DNA from: an uncultured Lachnospiraceae bacterium
GTDB taxonomy: Bacteria > Bacillota > Clostridia > Lachnospirales > Lachnospiraceae
Reading direction: 5' to 3'
NCBI GenBank assembly: GCA_946625945.1
Contig: CAMOTR010000060.1
Location: 6,510-70,509, forward strand
DNA: 64,000 bases
Shown here: in pieces, positions 1-9,397 of the stretch
Numbering within the stretch: position 1 is the first letter of the stretch
Layout of the letters: each line of letters opens with the position of its first letter
Position numbers and translations under genes: made by a program
Notes under the pieces: generated by a model
Databases searched by the model: none
Told to the model about the DNA's origin: nothing
Seen by the model: the letters and a program-made list of their open reading frames with translations, nothing else

Positions 1-1827
1 CGCCCCTTCCTCTCCGGAGGTTGTCACAGTGCAATTTCTGAATACATACGGGCTTGTCTTCGGCGCTGCAATATAACCGACCTTGCCATTATTACCCGCA
101 TCATCGGGATAAGTCTTCCACTGGAGTTCACAATGATCAAAAACCGCTGCAAATTCACCGCAGATATAGTCTACATTGCCGCCGATCACACAATCTCTGA
201 AATACGCGTGATAATTGTTGTTTTCACTGCCATTTCTCCCCAAGGTATCCTGAGAAGAAAGAATCTTGCAATTATAACATTCGATATGATCCGCTTCAAT
301 ATAGAATGCATTGGATCTTTCTTTAAATTTATACGCAGAAACATCCGCATCGTCGGCCAGTCTGTCAACCGCAAGTACACACCCTGCGATATCCGCCTTT
401 TCCGCTTCTGTCAGCTCATAATTGTAAGTGTTCTTAAAGGTTGTATCTTCTGCCAAGAAGTAATCACCTCTTACGATAAACACACTGCCCCAGATCCTGC
501 CGTCCCCTTCTGCATAGGAATATTTGTCTCTCGCAAGCCGTTCGCTGTATAAACCGGTAGACTCCTCAATCGAATAATACAAGGTACCCACACCGTAATA
601 CCAGGAAATGGTATGTCCATTGCCTTTTAAAGTAACATACGGAGCCGCCATCACAACCTGTTCGGACAGGTCGTCAGTCAGATGAATGGTTACTCTTCCT
701 GCCTCCCCCGCCGGTCTGTCTTCCATTCTGAAGATCGCGTCAGATGCTTCATTCAGCGATGCATAATCGCCCGGAACATGGATCTCGCTCCTGAACGGGA
801 TCGCGGGAGCTGCAGGACCGGCAACCTCCACATACACTTCGTTTACATTCCGCCCCCCTGACCTGACAGAGACTCTGTCATACGTCACGCCGCCATTGGA
901 AGTTTCCACACCGGTATTGTACTCACCCGGCTTCATGGAACAGGTATAGGTATTTCCCGATACCTCAGCCCGATATACAGCACCGTTCACCATATTGGTA
1001 AACGTGAGTCCGGTAACCGTCGACGGATCCGTACCTGTGATCTTACCCGTAAGGACCTCATCCGCAACACCGTGCAGCGAGATGGTAACGTTTTTACCGG
1101 TTGCCGTAAAGGTCTCGCTTTCATCGCTAAGCGCCTTCACTCCGCCGTCATTGGTTGAAAGCCTGTAAGTATGCCCCTTTAAAAGCTCTAACGCTGCGGT
1201 ATCGCCGGAAATCGTTATCGGATCCCCACCGAGATCTGCGTCCACTGCAGTAACCTTCAATGTATCAGGCAGCACAGCATCCACATTGGTAACCGTGATC
1301 GGATTTGTGATCTTTTCATCCACAAGATAACGGTATCCTGCATAGAACATATTATTTGTCCTGCCCGTTGTGGATATGACATAAGTATGTCCCGGGGCAA
1401 CAAAAAAGGAATACTGTGTGATACCGGTGTCAGAATCAACATATCCGTTTCTGGTTCCATCCGTATTAAAATCCCAGACTCTCAGGATGGCTGTTGTATG
1501 GAAGTAAACTGTCATCATACCCTGACCGGCCGGCGTGAACACAGTTAAGGTACCATCTCCCTCCCCGGGAATAGTGGGAATGTCATTGGCTGTTGCATGT
1601 CTCTTCCCTGCCGTGTAAGAATCCACCTCTTTGCCATTCATTAAAACTTTCCTGTCGGGCTTTACCGTATACTGTGTAATAACTCCGTCAACAGTTTCCC
1701 CTGCCAGCAAAAGCGTACTGTCCCCGAACCGGTACTCCCCTGTAGAAACTTTCCCATCTACAGCCTTTTCATCCATAAAAAACGTAAAGTTCTCAGCATT
1801 GCCGCCTAAAGCATCTTTCATCGTCAC
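1..1827 (-). CDS. Pectin methylesterase (CE8) domain protein with long N-terminal extension; 3' end runs off the window
   Basis: Not in the ORF track. Manual translation gives one open frame from GTG 1827 / ATG 1821 (RBS AGGAGGAG at 1833-1840) to base 1. It contains the CE8 motifs SSQDTL (QDTL at 241-252), YFRDCVIGGNVDYICG, GYIAAP and YVFRNCTV. Confidence 0.8.
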   Translation of the reverse strand, partial: MTMKDALGGNAENFTFFMDEKAVDGKVSTGEYRFGDSTLLLAGETVDGVITQYTVKPDRKVLMNGKEVDSYTAGKRHATANDIPTIPGEGDGTLTVFTPAGQGMMTVYFHTTAILRVWDFNTDGTRNGYVDSDTGITQYSFFVAPGHTYVISTTGRTNNMFYAGYRYLVDEKITNPITVTNVDAVLPDTLKVTAVDADLGGDPITISGDTAALELLKGHTYRLSTNDGGVKALSDESETFTATGKNVTISLHGVADEVLTGKITGTDPSTVTGLTFTNMVNGAVYRAEVSGNTYTCSMKPGEYNTGVETSNGGVTYDRVSVRSGGRNVNEVYVEVAGPAAPAIPFRSEIHVPGDYASLNEASDAIFRMEDRPAGEAGRVTIHLTDDLSEQVVMAAPYVTLKGNGHTISWYYGVGTLYYSIEESTGLYSERLARDKYSYAEGDGRIWGSVFIVRGDYFLAEDTTFKNTYNYELTEAEKADIAGCVLAVDRLADDADVSAYKFKERSNAFYIEADHIECYNCKILSSQDTLGRNGSENNNYHAYFRDCVIGGNVDYICGEFAAVFDHCELQWKTYPDDAGNNGKVGYIAAPKTSPYVFRNCTVTTSGEEGA

Positions 1828-1849
1828 GTTTTCTCCTCCTCTTTCCAAT

Positions 1850-1878
1850 TTTACATTTTACCTTATCTATGTTAAAAT
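1850..1878 (+). promoter_or_regulatory. Putative sigma-A promoter for the SGNH gene
   Basis: TTTACA-17 bp-TAAAAT with an extended -10 TG, upstream of ATG 1936. Confidence 0.45.
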
Positions 1879-1935
1879 ACATTCCACAGGAATTACGATT
1901 TTGATATAAAAAACCGACAGGAGTGTCCAAATCCA

Positions 1936-3348
1936 ATGAAAAAAATAATCCCCGTTCTTTCTATACTAATACTTACTGCATTGGTCGGCTTCGGCATCTA
2001 CAGATATCAGGAAAACAAAAAGCTGGAACCTATGCGCCCGGATTTTGACCGGATCGCCACGGAATCCTATACAGCAATATTCCTTTCCACTTACCCGATC
2101 GACTATTTTACAGAGGAAGATTTCCGGTACTATCGCGGCATCTATCCGCTGAATGCATCCTATTGTATTCCGGATCTTGCAGCTCTGAAAACGTATCTCC
2201 GCAAAGTTGACGAGACCGACAATGAGGTGGAAACCGTCTATCTGGGCATTCGGCCGGATCTGATCCCGGCAGATAAGCTGATAAAGCTGATCTCAGAGCG
2301 GCCGGACCGCCGCTATGAGGTGGTCATTGCGTATCCTTCTTTGGATTACTGGAAAAATCTGAGTGACAAGGAATTTACAAAGATTTTTTCAGATTACCGG
2401 AATTTTATAACGACAGCAATGTCACTTTCTCAGGGCAACCAGTGGCTACAGCAGAATGTGTCCTTCTATTTCTACGGTTCCACCGAATGGCTGGTAGCCA
2501 ACCCTGCAAACTATGAAAGCGATTTTGGCGTGAATCCCGGCATCTCGCATGTCCTTTCCATGTATACAGACAGTGACCACGGATATCGGCTGACCGGAGA
2601 AAACTGCGAGGCACGCCTGAACGGCTTTGAAAACCTGGTCACCGAATACCGCAGTGCGCAAAACAATCCTGCATTACAGTATCCCGATCTGTCTGACTGG
2701 GATGTAGTATTCTTCGGGGACAGCATCATGGCATTCCCTGAGACATCCTCTATCCCCGGAGCCTTCAGCGGCAAGACCGGTGCCCACGTCTACAATTGCG
2801 CTGTGGGCGGTGCCCCTGCCACTGCATATCTGCCGCAGGTTGTCGACCGTTTTCTGGCTCAGGATCTGACAGATCTGTCAGAAGATTCTGTCATCTATAA
2901 AGGCATGTCCGATTATTTCGAACATGCGGGGGCTGAGCGAAAAACCTGTTTTGTACTGGACTTCGGGATGAATGATTTCTTTACCGGAGCCCCCGTTCAA
3001 AACGCCTCCAACCCTTACGATATCAACACCTATTCCGGCGCCCTCCGCACCGCCACAGACAAACTGACGGAAGCATATCCGGGCGCTGTGATCCTGTTCG
3101 TGGCAACGAATTTTACCAGCTATTTCAACAACGGCCAGGAGCCGCAGTCTGAAGAAGGCGGCACGCTCCCGCAATATATTGCAGCTATGAAGCAGATCAG
3201 CGAGGAAAACAGCTTCCTGTTCTACAATAGTTATACCGAGCTTCCCATCAACGGCGAAAATCATCCGGCCTATTTGCTGGACGGATGCCATCCCAATGAG
3301 GCCACCAGGTACCTCATGGCATGCGATATTGCCAGACTGCTGCAATAG
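1936..3348 (+). CDS. Membrane-anchored SGNH/GDSL hydrolase-family protein
   Basis: N-terminal hydrophobic anchor. C-terminal SGNH blocks FFGDSI, GMND and DGCHPN. About 230 aa of unassigned sequence lies between them. Confidence 0.8.
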   Translation: MKKIIPVLSILILTALVGFGIYRYQENKKLEPMRPDFDRIATESYTAIFLSTYPIDYFTEEDFRYYRGIYPLNASYCIPDLAALKTYLRKVDETDNEVETVYLGIRPDLIPADKLIKLISERPDRRYEVVIAYPSLDYWKNLSDKEFTKIFSDYRNFITTAMSLSQGNQWLQQNVSFYFYGSTEWLVANPANYESDFGVNPGISHVLSMYTDSDHGYRLTGENCEARLNGFENLVTEYRSAQNNPALQYPDLSDWDVVFFGDSIMAFPETSSIPGAFSGKTGAHVYNCAVGGAPATAYLPQVVDRFLAQDLTDLSEDSVIYKGMSDYFEHAGAERKTCFVLDFGMNDFFTGAPVQNASNPYDINTYSGALRTATDKLTEAYPGAVILFVATNFTSYFNNGQEPQSEEGGTLPQYIAAMKQISEENSFLFYNSYTELPINGENHPAYLLDGCHPNEATRYLMACDIARLLQ

Positions 3349-3366
3349 CCGTGATGCATACCCCCG

Positions 3367-4998
3367 CTAAGGTCTCTCGTACAGAACCAGATCCGCATCC
3401 CTGTCTAACAGTTTCCACCCGGCGGCGGCACAGGCGGCATCCACCTCTGCGCCCGTCTGGGCAGCCAAATAGCGGCTCCTCGTCTCACTCAGATGTTCCA
3501 GGATAAAATCCTTCTGACAGCAACTGATCCCATACCCTTCCGGCAGCGCATACAGCAGCTGCCACTTCATTGTCTGCCCCTCTGCGCTCTGCTCATTAAA
3601 CACCCATATGACAACATTGTCATAATTTGGCACATTTTCCCGGTGCATTTCCAGCGCGGCATCAAACCTTCCCTTCCAGTCCTCCACCTGCATCTGCCGC
3701 TTGGCAGTCACAAAAGGCACCTGATAGTCATAGGGATCCACAGCCCGATAGGAATACAGATATGCAAAACACGCTCCCATCACCACTGCCTTCTTAAAAA
3801 ACCGTGTGTCCATCAGGCTCACCACAAACACCCCCACCGCCATAAAGGTCAGAAGATGCTTGCTTCCCTCTGTCAGCTTATACATCAAAAGCAGCGCAAA
3901 CAGCATGCCGATAAAGGAAAACGCCAGATGTGACTCCGCGATCAGCTGTGACTCCGTCGCCGCACTCTGCCGCGCTGCACTCTGTGCCACACTTCCCCCA
4001 CGGTTCCTGCGCAATTTTCTGAAATCCGCCACACTCTGCCATAACAGCACCGCCATTGTCACCAGATATCCAGCAAAAAAAGCGCCCGACGCCAATCCGG
4101 TGCGGATTCCCTGCACCGTGTGTGCCCGGAAATCTTTTCCCTTCCAATATAATGTCCCGAAGAAATTGTGCACGCCCGCGCCAAATCCGTCCGTAAAGAA
4201 TAGGGTGATCCAATCCGTGAAAAACAGCGGATGAAAATACTCCGCCCCAAAAAAGTGCTTGATCATCGCATAGCATACCAGCACGCATCCGGTCACCGCG
4301 CAGGAGCCCAGCACTCCGATCCACAATTTTCCCTCTCTTCTCGCCCGGCGCACCCAGAAAAAATCCGGCAGCAGCAAAAAGAGCAGCATATAAGGCCGCA
4401 TCAGCGTAAGCAGCCCGGAAACCGCAAACATCCCCGCAAGCTTCCAGCCCTTCTCCTCCCTGCCATGGCTCACCGCCAGCCCGTAAAACAGGATGAGGTG
4501 ACTGATACAGATGATCTCCGGCATTCCGGACAGCATATACCGCGCAAACGGCGTATAAAGACAAAACAGCAGCGTCAGGATCCCCATCTGTTTCCAGGTG
4601 GGCTTCACCAGCAATACAAACAAAAACATGGCCGCCATCATCAATACGATATTGCAGATGACCGGCGCCATAAAATTCCAGCCAAACAAAAAGCCCCACG
4701 CGATCCAGGGCAGCACCAGCACCGGGCTCCATGCCGCAAAGGATAACACCAGACCGTGACTTTCATTGAATCCGTAATATCCCTGCGGGAACCCGTACGC
4801 CACAATACTTTCCACCTGCTTATAATAAAACAGCTCATCATTCCACTCGGACGCCGGCAGATATACATCTCCAATGCCATATCCCTGCACGGCGCAGGTC
4901 ACAACACAGCACAAAAAAGGCAAAAGCGCCATCAGCAGCGCTTTGCCCCATACCACATATCTTTTGTCCTGTCTGAACCAGCCCAACAGTCTATTCAT
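3367..4998 (-). CDS. Polytopic membrane protein, probable GT-C-fold glycosyltransferase
   Basis: Many TM segments and an acidic WNDE motif in the first external loop, as in ArnT/PMT-type GT-C enzymes. Overlaps the upstream ArnC-like GT2. Confidence 0.55.
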   Translation of the reverse strand: MNRLLGWFRQDKRYVVWGKALLMALLPFLCCVVTCAVQGYGIGDVYLPASEWNDELFYYKQVESIVAYGFPQGYYGFNESHGLVLSFAAWSPVLVLPWIAWGFLFGWNFMAPVICNIVLMMAAMFLFVLLVKPTWKQMGILTLLFCLYTPFARYMLSGMPEIICISHLILFYGLAVSHGREEKGWKLAGMFAVSGLLTLMRPYMLLFLLLPDFFWVRRARREGKLWIGVLGSCAVTGCVLVCYAMIKHFFGAEYFHPLFFTDWITLFFTDGFGAGVHNFFGTLYWKGKDFRAHTVQGIRTGLASGAFFAGYLVTMAVLLWQSVADFRKLRRNRGGSVAQSAARQSAATESQLIAESHLAFSFIGMLFALLLMYKLTEGSKHLLTFMAVGVFVVSLMDTRFFKKAVVMGACFAYLYSYRAVDPYDYQVPFVTAKRQMQVEDWKGRFDAALEMHRENVPNYDNVVIWVFNEQSAEGQTMKWQLLYALPEGYGISCCQKDFILEHLSETRSRYLAAQTGAEVDAACAAAGWKLLDRDADLVLYERP

Positions 4999-5935
4999 GC
5001 AATGCCTCCTGGCAATTGATCCGCTCTCTGATCACATACTGCGGAGAATTATTCATGCTGATATAAATCCTGCCCACATATTCTCCGATCAGGCCCAGCA
5101 TGATCATGATCATACCGCCGAAGAATACCAGCGCCGCCATCAACGCACTGAATCCCATAGGAACCGCCGGATTCAGGAAACGCTTCACGATCGTATAGAT
5201 TCCGTACAAAAATCCCGCGCACGCACTGGCAACCCCAATGGTCGTAGCAATCCGCAGCGGCTTCACCGAAAACGCGGTAAAACCGTTAAACCACAATCCC
5301 AACAGTTTCTTGATCGTATAGCCAGAACTGCCTTCCTCCCTGTCCCTGTGCTGCACCACCACATTCGTGATATTCTTGGTCGCCCGCAGCACAAGCCCGA
5401 TCACATAAGGATACGAGTTCTCATAGCGGATCATATCCTCCACCACAAACCGCTTCACTGCAAAATAGCTGGAAATATAAAGCTCTTTCGGCTTCTCCAG
5501 CATCATCCGCAGCATCAGCTCATTGACCCTGCTGCCCCAGTTGCGGAAACCGGAGTGATGCTTGTGCTCATACTTTGCGTAGACAGCGTCAAATCCTTCC
5601 TCCAGCTTCCCTAACAACTTATCCACCTCGTCCGCCGGCGTCTGCCCGTCATCGTCCAGACACACTACATAATCGCCGGTTGTCTGCCGCAGACCCGCCA
5701 TCAGCGCCGCATGCTGTCCGAAATTCCTGGCAAACCCGATCCCCCGGATATTTGCATGGGCTTCACACAGTCTGCGGATCACCTCAAACGTCCCGTCCGG
5801 CGAGCAGTCGTTCACCAGAATGATCTCATGCTCATACTTATGTAATTTCTCCATGGTTTCATTGATCTCTGTCACCACATGCTCCAATGTCTTCTCCGAC
5901 CGGTAACAGGGGATCACAAAACTGACCTTCTTCAT
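4991..5935 (-). CDS. GT2 undecaprenyl-phosphate glycosyltransferase (ArnC/GtrB-like)
   Basis: VIPCY, VNDCSPD, RNFGQHAA, DDDGQ, GFTAFS and two C-terminal TM helices. Confidence 0.88.
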   Translation of the reverse strand: MKKVSFVIPCYRSEKTLEHVVTEINETMEKLHKYEHEIILVNDCSPDGTFEVIRRLCEAHANIRGIGFARNFGQHAALMAGLRQTTGDYVVCLDDDGQTPADEVDKLLGKLEEGFDAVYAKYEHKHHSGFRNWGSRVNELMLRMMLEKPKELYISSYFAVKRFVVEDMIRYENSYPYVIGLVLRATKNITNVVVQHRDREEGSSGYTIKKLLGLWFNGFTAFSVKPLRIATTIGVASACAGFLYGIYTIVKRFLNPAVPMGFSALMAALVFFGGMIMIMLGLIGEYVGRIYISMNNSPQYVIRERINCQEALHE

Positions 5936-5940
5936 CTTAC

Positions 5941-6489
5941 TTACCTTTCCTCGGAACCATTCTCCTCCGCCACTGCCGCCATCCAGACAACATCACGGTA
6001 TACCCCGTCGATCCTCACATCATCCTTCAGATAGCCCTCCCGCCGAAATCCGGCTTTTTCATAGCTGCGGATTGCCTGTCCATTCTCCGTAAGCGCCCGC
6101 AGATAAATGCGATGCAGCTTTTCTTCTTCAAAGCAATACCGGAGCATCAGCTTCGCCGCTGCTGTGCCAATTCCCCGGCCACGGGCTTCCGGCTCCCCGA
6201 TAAAAATACCGTACTCCGCCTTGTTGTGCTTTCTGTCGATATCCCGGATATAGACGCTTCCCAACGCCTTGTCTGTGGCGCAGTCACAGATGATCATCTG
6301 CACCACGTGCCCGGTCTCCACCTGCGTCCGCACCCAGTTTTCATGGCTTTCTCTGGTAAAAAGCTCCTGATAGATAAAATTTTTCCGCACCGCGTCGGAA
6401 TTTCTCCACGCCACAATCCTGTCCGTATCCGCAGATGTCATCAGCCGCAGATAGATCCCGGCTTCCTCATCCCTATAACTGCCTGCCAT
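5941..6489 (-). CDS. GNAT N-acetyltransferase (PseH/RimL-like; probable amino-sugar N-acetyltransferase)
   Basis: Acetyl-CoA motif RGRGIG, AEYGIFIG, AIRSYEKAGF. Adjacent to a DegT aminotransferase. Confidence 0.8.
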   Translation of the reverse strand: MAGSYRDEEAGIYLRLMTSADTDRIVAWRNSDAVRKNFIYQELFTRESHENWVRTQVETGHVVQMIICDCATDKALGSVYIRDIDRKHNKAEYGIFIGEPEARGRGIGTAAAKLMLRYCFEEEKLHRIYLRALTENGQAIRSYEKAGFRREGYLKDDVRIDGVYRDVVWMAAVAEENGSEER

Positions 6490-6522
6490 GTATTATATTC
6501 CTTCCGTTCGTTTGCGTCAATT

Positions 6523-7638
6523 TCAAAAAGTGTATGCATTACACAGTTCAATCACCCGTGTGATCTCATCTTCCCGCATCTCGGGGAACAACGGCAGCGT
6601 CACACAATGGGCCGCCAGATATTCCGCATTGGGGCAGTCCCCCTCTTTGTAACCCAAATGAGCATATGCCTTCTGCAAGTGACAGGGCACTGGATAATGC
6701 ATGTTGCACTCCACATCCGCATCCGCCATATACTGCACGAATCCCTTTTGATCCGGCACAGTGACCACAAACAGATGGAACACCGGCTCCGTATTGTCCG
6801 GATGCGCCTGCATGGTGATCGCCGGATTGGTGATCTCCCGCAGATAGCGCCTGCCAATCTCCTGTCTACACGCTGTCCACTCCGGCAGATATTTCAGACT
6901 CACCGAAAGCACCGCACCCTGCATGCCTTCCAGTCTGTAATTATACCCAATCTCATCATGATAATAACGCACATCACAGCCCTGATTCTTCAACCTGGTC
7001 ATGTGCTTATAATAGGACTCCTTATCGCATGTCACGCTGCCGCCCTCGCCGAACGCGTAAAGATTCTTGCCCGGATAAAAGCTGAAACAGCCCAGTTCCC
7101 CGAGCGTTCCTGCATTCCTGCCCTCGAACTTTGCGCCGTGGGCCTGGGCGCAGTCTTCCACCACAAAAAGCCCATGTCTGTCCGCAATCTCTTTCACGCC
7201 CGCATAGTTAAAAGGCTGTCCGTAGAGATGCACACCGATGATCCCCTTGGTTCTGGATGTGATCTTCGCTTCGAGCGCAGCCGGATCGATCTCCCAGGTA
7301 TCCTTCGTACAGTCCGCAAACACCGGTGTGGCCCCTGTGTAGCTGACGCCCCAGGCCGTGGCGATATAGGTATTTGCCGGAACGATCACCTCATCCCCCG
7401 GTCCCACGCCAAGCGCCAACATTGCCAAATGCAGCGCCGAGGTACCGTTATTCACGCCGCAGGCGTACCGGCTGCCCACATAGGCCGCAAATTCCGCGTC
7501 GAACCGATCTGCATATTTTCCGCCGGAAAATGCGGTCTCCCTGCAGACCTGCTCGATCGCCGCCCGGTATTCCGCGGCATGCGCCTCATAATCCCTTGTG
7601 AGATCAATTCTTTTAATATGCTTCCTGTCACCACCCAT
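6523..7638 (-). CDS. DegT/DnrJ/EryC1/StrS PLP-dependent sugar aminotransferase
   Basis: NGTSAL, EDCAQAHG, SFYPGKNL (PLP Lys), GYNYRL. Start moved to ATG 7638 behind GGAGG. Confidence 0.93.
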   Translation of the reverse strand: MGGDRKHIKRIDLTRDYEAHAAEYRAAIEQVCRETAFSGGKYADRFDAEFAAYVGSRYACGVNNGTSALHLAMLALGVGPGDEVIVPANTYIATAWGVSYTGATPVFADCTKDTWEIDPAALEAKITSRTKGIIGVHLYGQPFNYAGVKEIADRHGLFVVEDCAQAHGAKFEGRNAGTLGELGCFSFYPGKNLYAFGEGGSVTCDKESYYKHMTRLKNQGCDVRYYHDEIGYNYRLEGMQGAVLSVSLKYLPEWTACRQEIGRRYLREITNPAITMQAHPDNTEPVFHLFVVTVPDQKGFVQYMADADVECNMHYPVPCHLQKAYAHLGYKEGDCPNAEYLAAHCVTLPLFPEMREDEITRVIELCNAYTF

Positions 7639-7654
7639 GCTTTTCCTCCAAGTA

Positions 7655-8380
7655 TTATATATGCTTCCGAATATAAAACTCCCTGTACAGTCTGGCAATC
7701 TGCACCAGATAATTACAGATCGTCTTAAATATCTTCACCGTAGTGTTATAGTCCTCCTGCCACTCCACCGGATAGTCCAGGATCTTCACGCCCCGCTTCT
7801 CCGCCCGCAGCAGGAATTCGATCATGTAAAACCAGCCGTTGTCCTGGCTGCAGCCCTCGATCAGTCCAAGCGCCGTCCCTCGTCTGACAAAGGTGAATCC
7901 GCAGATGGCGTCGGTGGATTTCATACCCAGGAACACTTTCAGCAGGATCAGCAGGCCCTGGGATGTGATCTTGCGATACCATTTTCTCCCCCTGGTCTGA
8001 GATTCCTTCGCGAACCGGCTGCCGTTGATATACGCAACCTCGGGCATCCGTTCAAAAATATGGATTGCCTCGCCCAGATGCTTGATATTGGTGGACAGAT
8101 CAATATCCATATACCCCACGATATCTCCGTTGCTGACCTCCACGCCCCGGCGGAACGCAGCGCCCACGCCCCGGATCTGAATGCGCTCATAATGCACGGT
8201 AGGATATTTGGCGCATAACCTCTCCGCAATCTGCGGCGTCTCATCCTCGGAACCGTTATCCACAATGATGATCTCGTAATCGTCGAAACCGATCCCCTTC
8301 AGATACGCTACCGTCCGCGTCACGCCCTTCTCCAACCGTAATTTTTCATTTAACACAGGAAAAATGATCGAAAGCATCAT
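7655..8380 (-). CDS. GT2, dolichol/polyprenol-phosphate glycosyltransferase-like, no C-terminal TM pair
   Basis: IIFPVLNE, VDNGSED, MDIDLS, GSRF, DAICGF. Confidence 0.82.
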   Translation of the reverse strand: MMLSIIFPVLNEKLRLEKGVTRTVAYLKGIGFDDYEIIIVDNGSEDETPQIAERLCAKYPTVHYERIQIRGVGAAFRRGVEVSNGDIVGYMDIDLSTNIKHLGEAIHIFERMPEVAYINGSRFAKESQTRGRKWYRKITSQGLLILLKVFLGMKSTDAICGFTFVRRGTALGLIEGCSQDNGWFYMIEFLLRAEKRGVKILDYPVEWQEDYNTTVKIFKTICNYLVQIARLYREFYIRKHI

Positions 8381-9363
8381 TTTGACAGTTTTTCCACTCC
8401 TTCTACCACATAGCGCTGTTTCCTGAAACTCATGTTCAGGATCACCGCCAGATATTTAAAGATCAATGTCAGCATCACGGACAGCATGAAAAATCCAAAG
8501 CTCATCAACGCCATCAGTGACATCCAGCCTTCCACCGGCCGCACCGTACTGAAAATAGAATAAACGATCCAACAAAACATCATCACCAGAAACACCAGCA
8601 AAACCGTGCTGACCAACAGGGAGAACTTCTCCAGAACGTCCGTGAAGATGATCAGTGTATCCACCGCCAGACCGTTTCTGTTGCTGCGCTCCTCCCGGTT
8701 TCTCGACTTCTTTGCAGTATCTTTATTGTCATAGACCACCGTATCCGTTTTCAGTCCGCAATTCATATACATTGCCTTTCGGTAAGGCACATAGACATTC
8801 ATCTGGTTGACCCGGTTCACCGCTCTCCTGGATACGATACGGAACCGTTCCTGTCTGATGTGATAGCGGAAATGGCTGCTCCAGTTATACAGCGCGTAAA
8901 ACATCCGCGAACTGAAAGACACCCCCCGTTTCGGCGCCGCAGAAACCACATCATAACCCTCCAACGCCCGCCTGTAGATCCGCATGATCAGCTCCGGCTC
9001 AAAGTCCAGACAGCACCGGTCAAACTCGATCAGGAAATCCCCCACCGCCAGATCGCCGCCGGCGTTCATGGCAGTCTCCACACCCTGATAAAAACTCAGA
9101 TTGATCAGGCTCACCGCCCTGGTCTGTATTCCGGCGGTCTCCGCCCCCTCCAGGAACGCATGGATCTGCTCCACGGTGCCGTCCGTGCATCCGTCATTGA
9201 CACAGATGATCTCGTATTTTTCAAAGTTATCCTGCATGACGCGGCTGATCTTTCCAAGAAAATCTCCCACAACTTCCTCGTCATTATGCAGATAGATCAC
9301 ACAAGACACAAAATTTTTTTCTTTTCCTGTCTGTTTCCCTGCCTGTCCCATCTTTCTCTCCAA
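8377..9363 (-). CDS. GtrB-like GT2 with degenerate active-site motifs
   Basis: VNDGCTD, GYDVV and two C-terminal TMs are present. VIYLHND replaces IPxYNE and FDRCCLD replaces DxDLQ. Confidence 0.7.
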   Translation of the reverse strand: MERKMGQAGKQTGKEKNFVSCVIYLHNDEEVVGDFLGKISRVMQDNFEKYEIICVNDGCTDGTVEQIHAFLEGAETAGIQTRAVSLINLSFYQGVETAMNAGGDLAVGDFLIEFDRCCLDFEPELIMRIYRRALEGYDVVSAAPKRGVSFSSRMFYALYNWSSHFRYHIRQERFRIVSRRAVNRVNQMNVYVPYRKAMYMNCGLKTDTVVYDNKDTAKKSRNREERSNRNGLAVDTLIIFTDVLEKFSLLVSTVLLVFLVMMFCWIVYSIFSTVRPVEGWMSLMALMSFGFFMLSVMLTLIFKYLAVILNMSFRKQRYVVEGVEKLSK

Positions 9364-9397
9364 ACATCATTCTCAATTTCCAAAACGATTGCAAAAA

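Noticed and set aside
133-1909. Short ORFs listed in the track at the left edge
   Set aside because: They lie within or opposite the long pectin methylesterase frame.
6112-7728. 538-aa + strand ORF, and similar long ORFs at 10866..12200, 12301..13521, 36764..37819, 43428..45026, 53063..54097 and 60701..61870
   Set aside because: Antisense shadows of well-supported - strand genes, with no recognisable motifs. Expected from codon bias.
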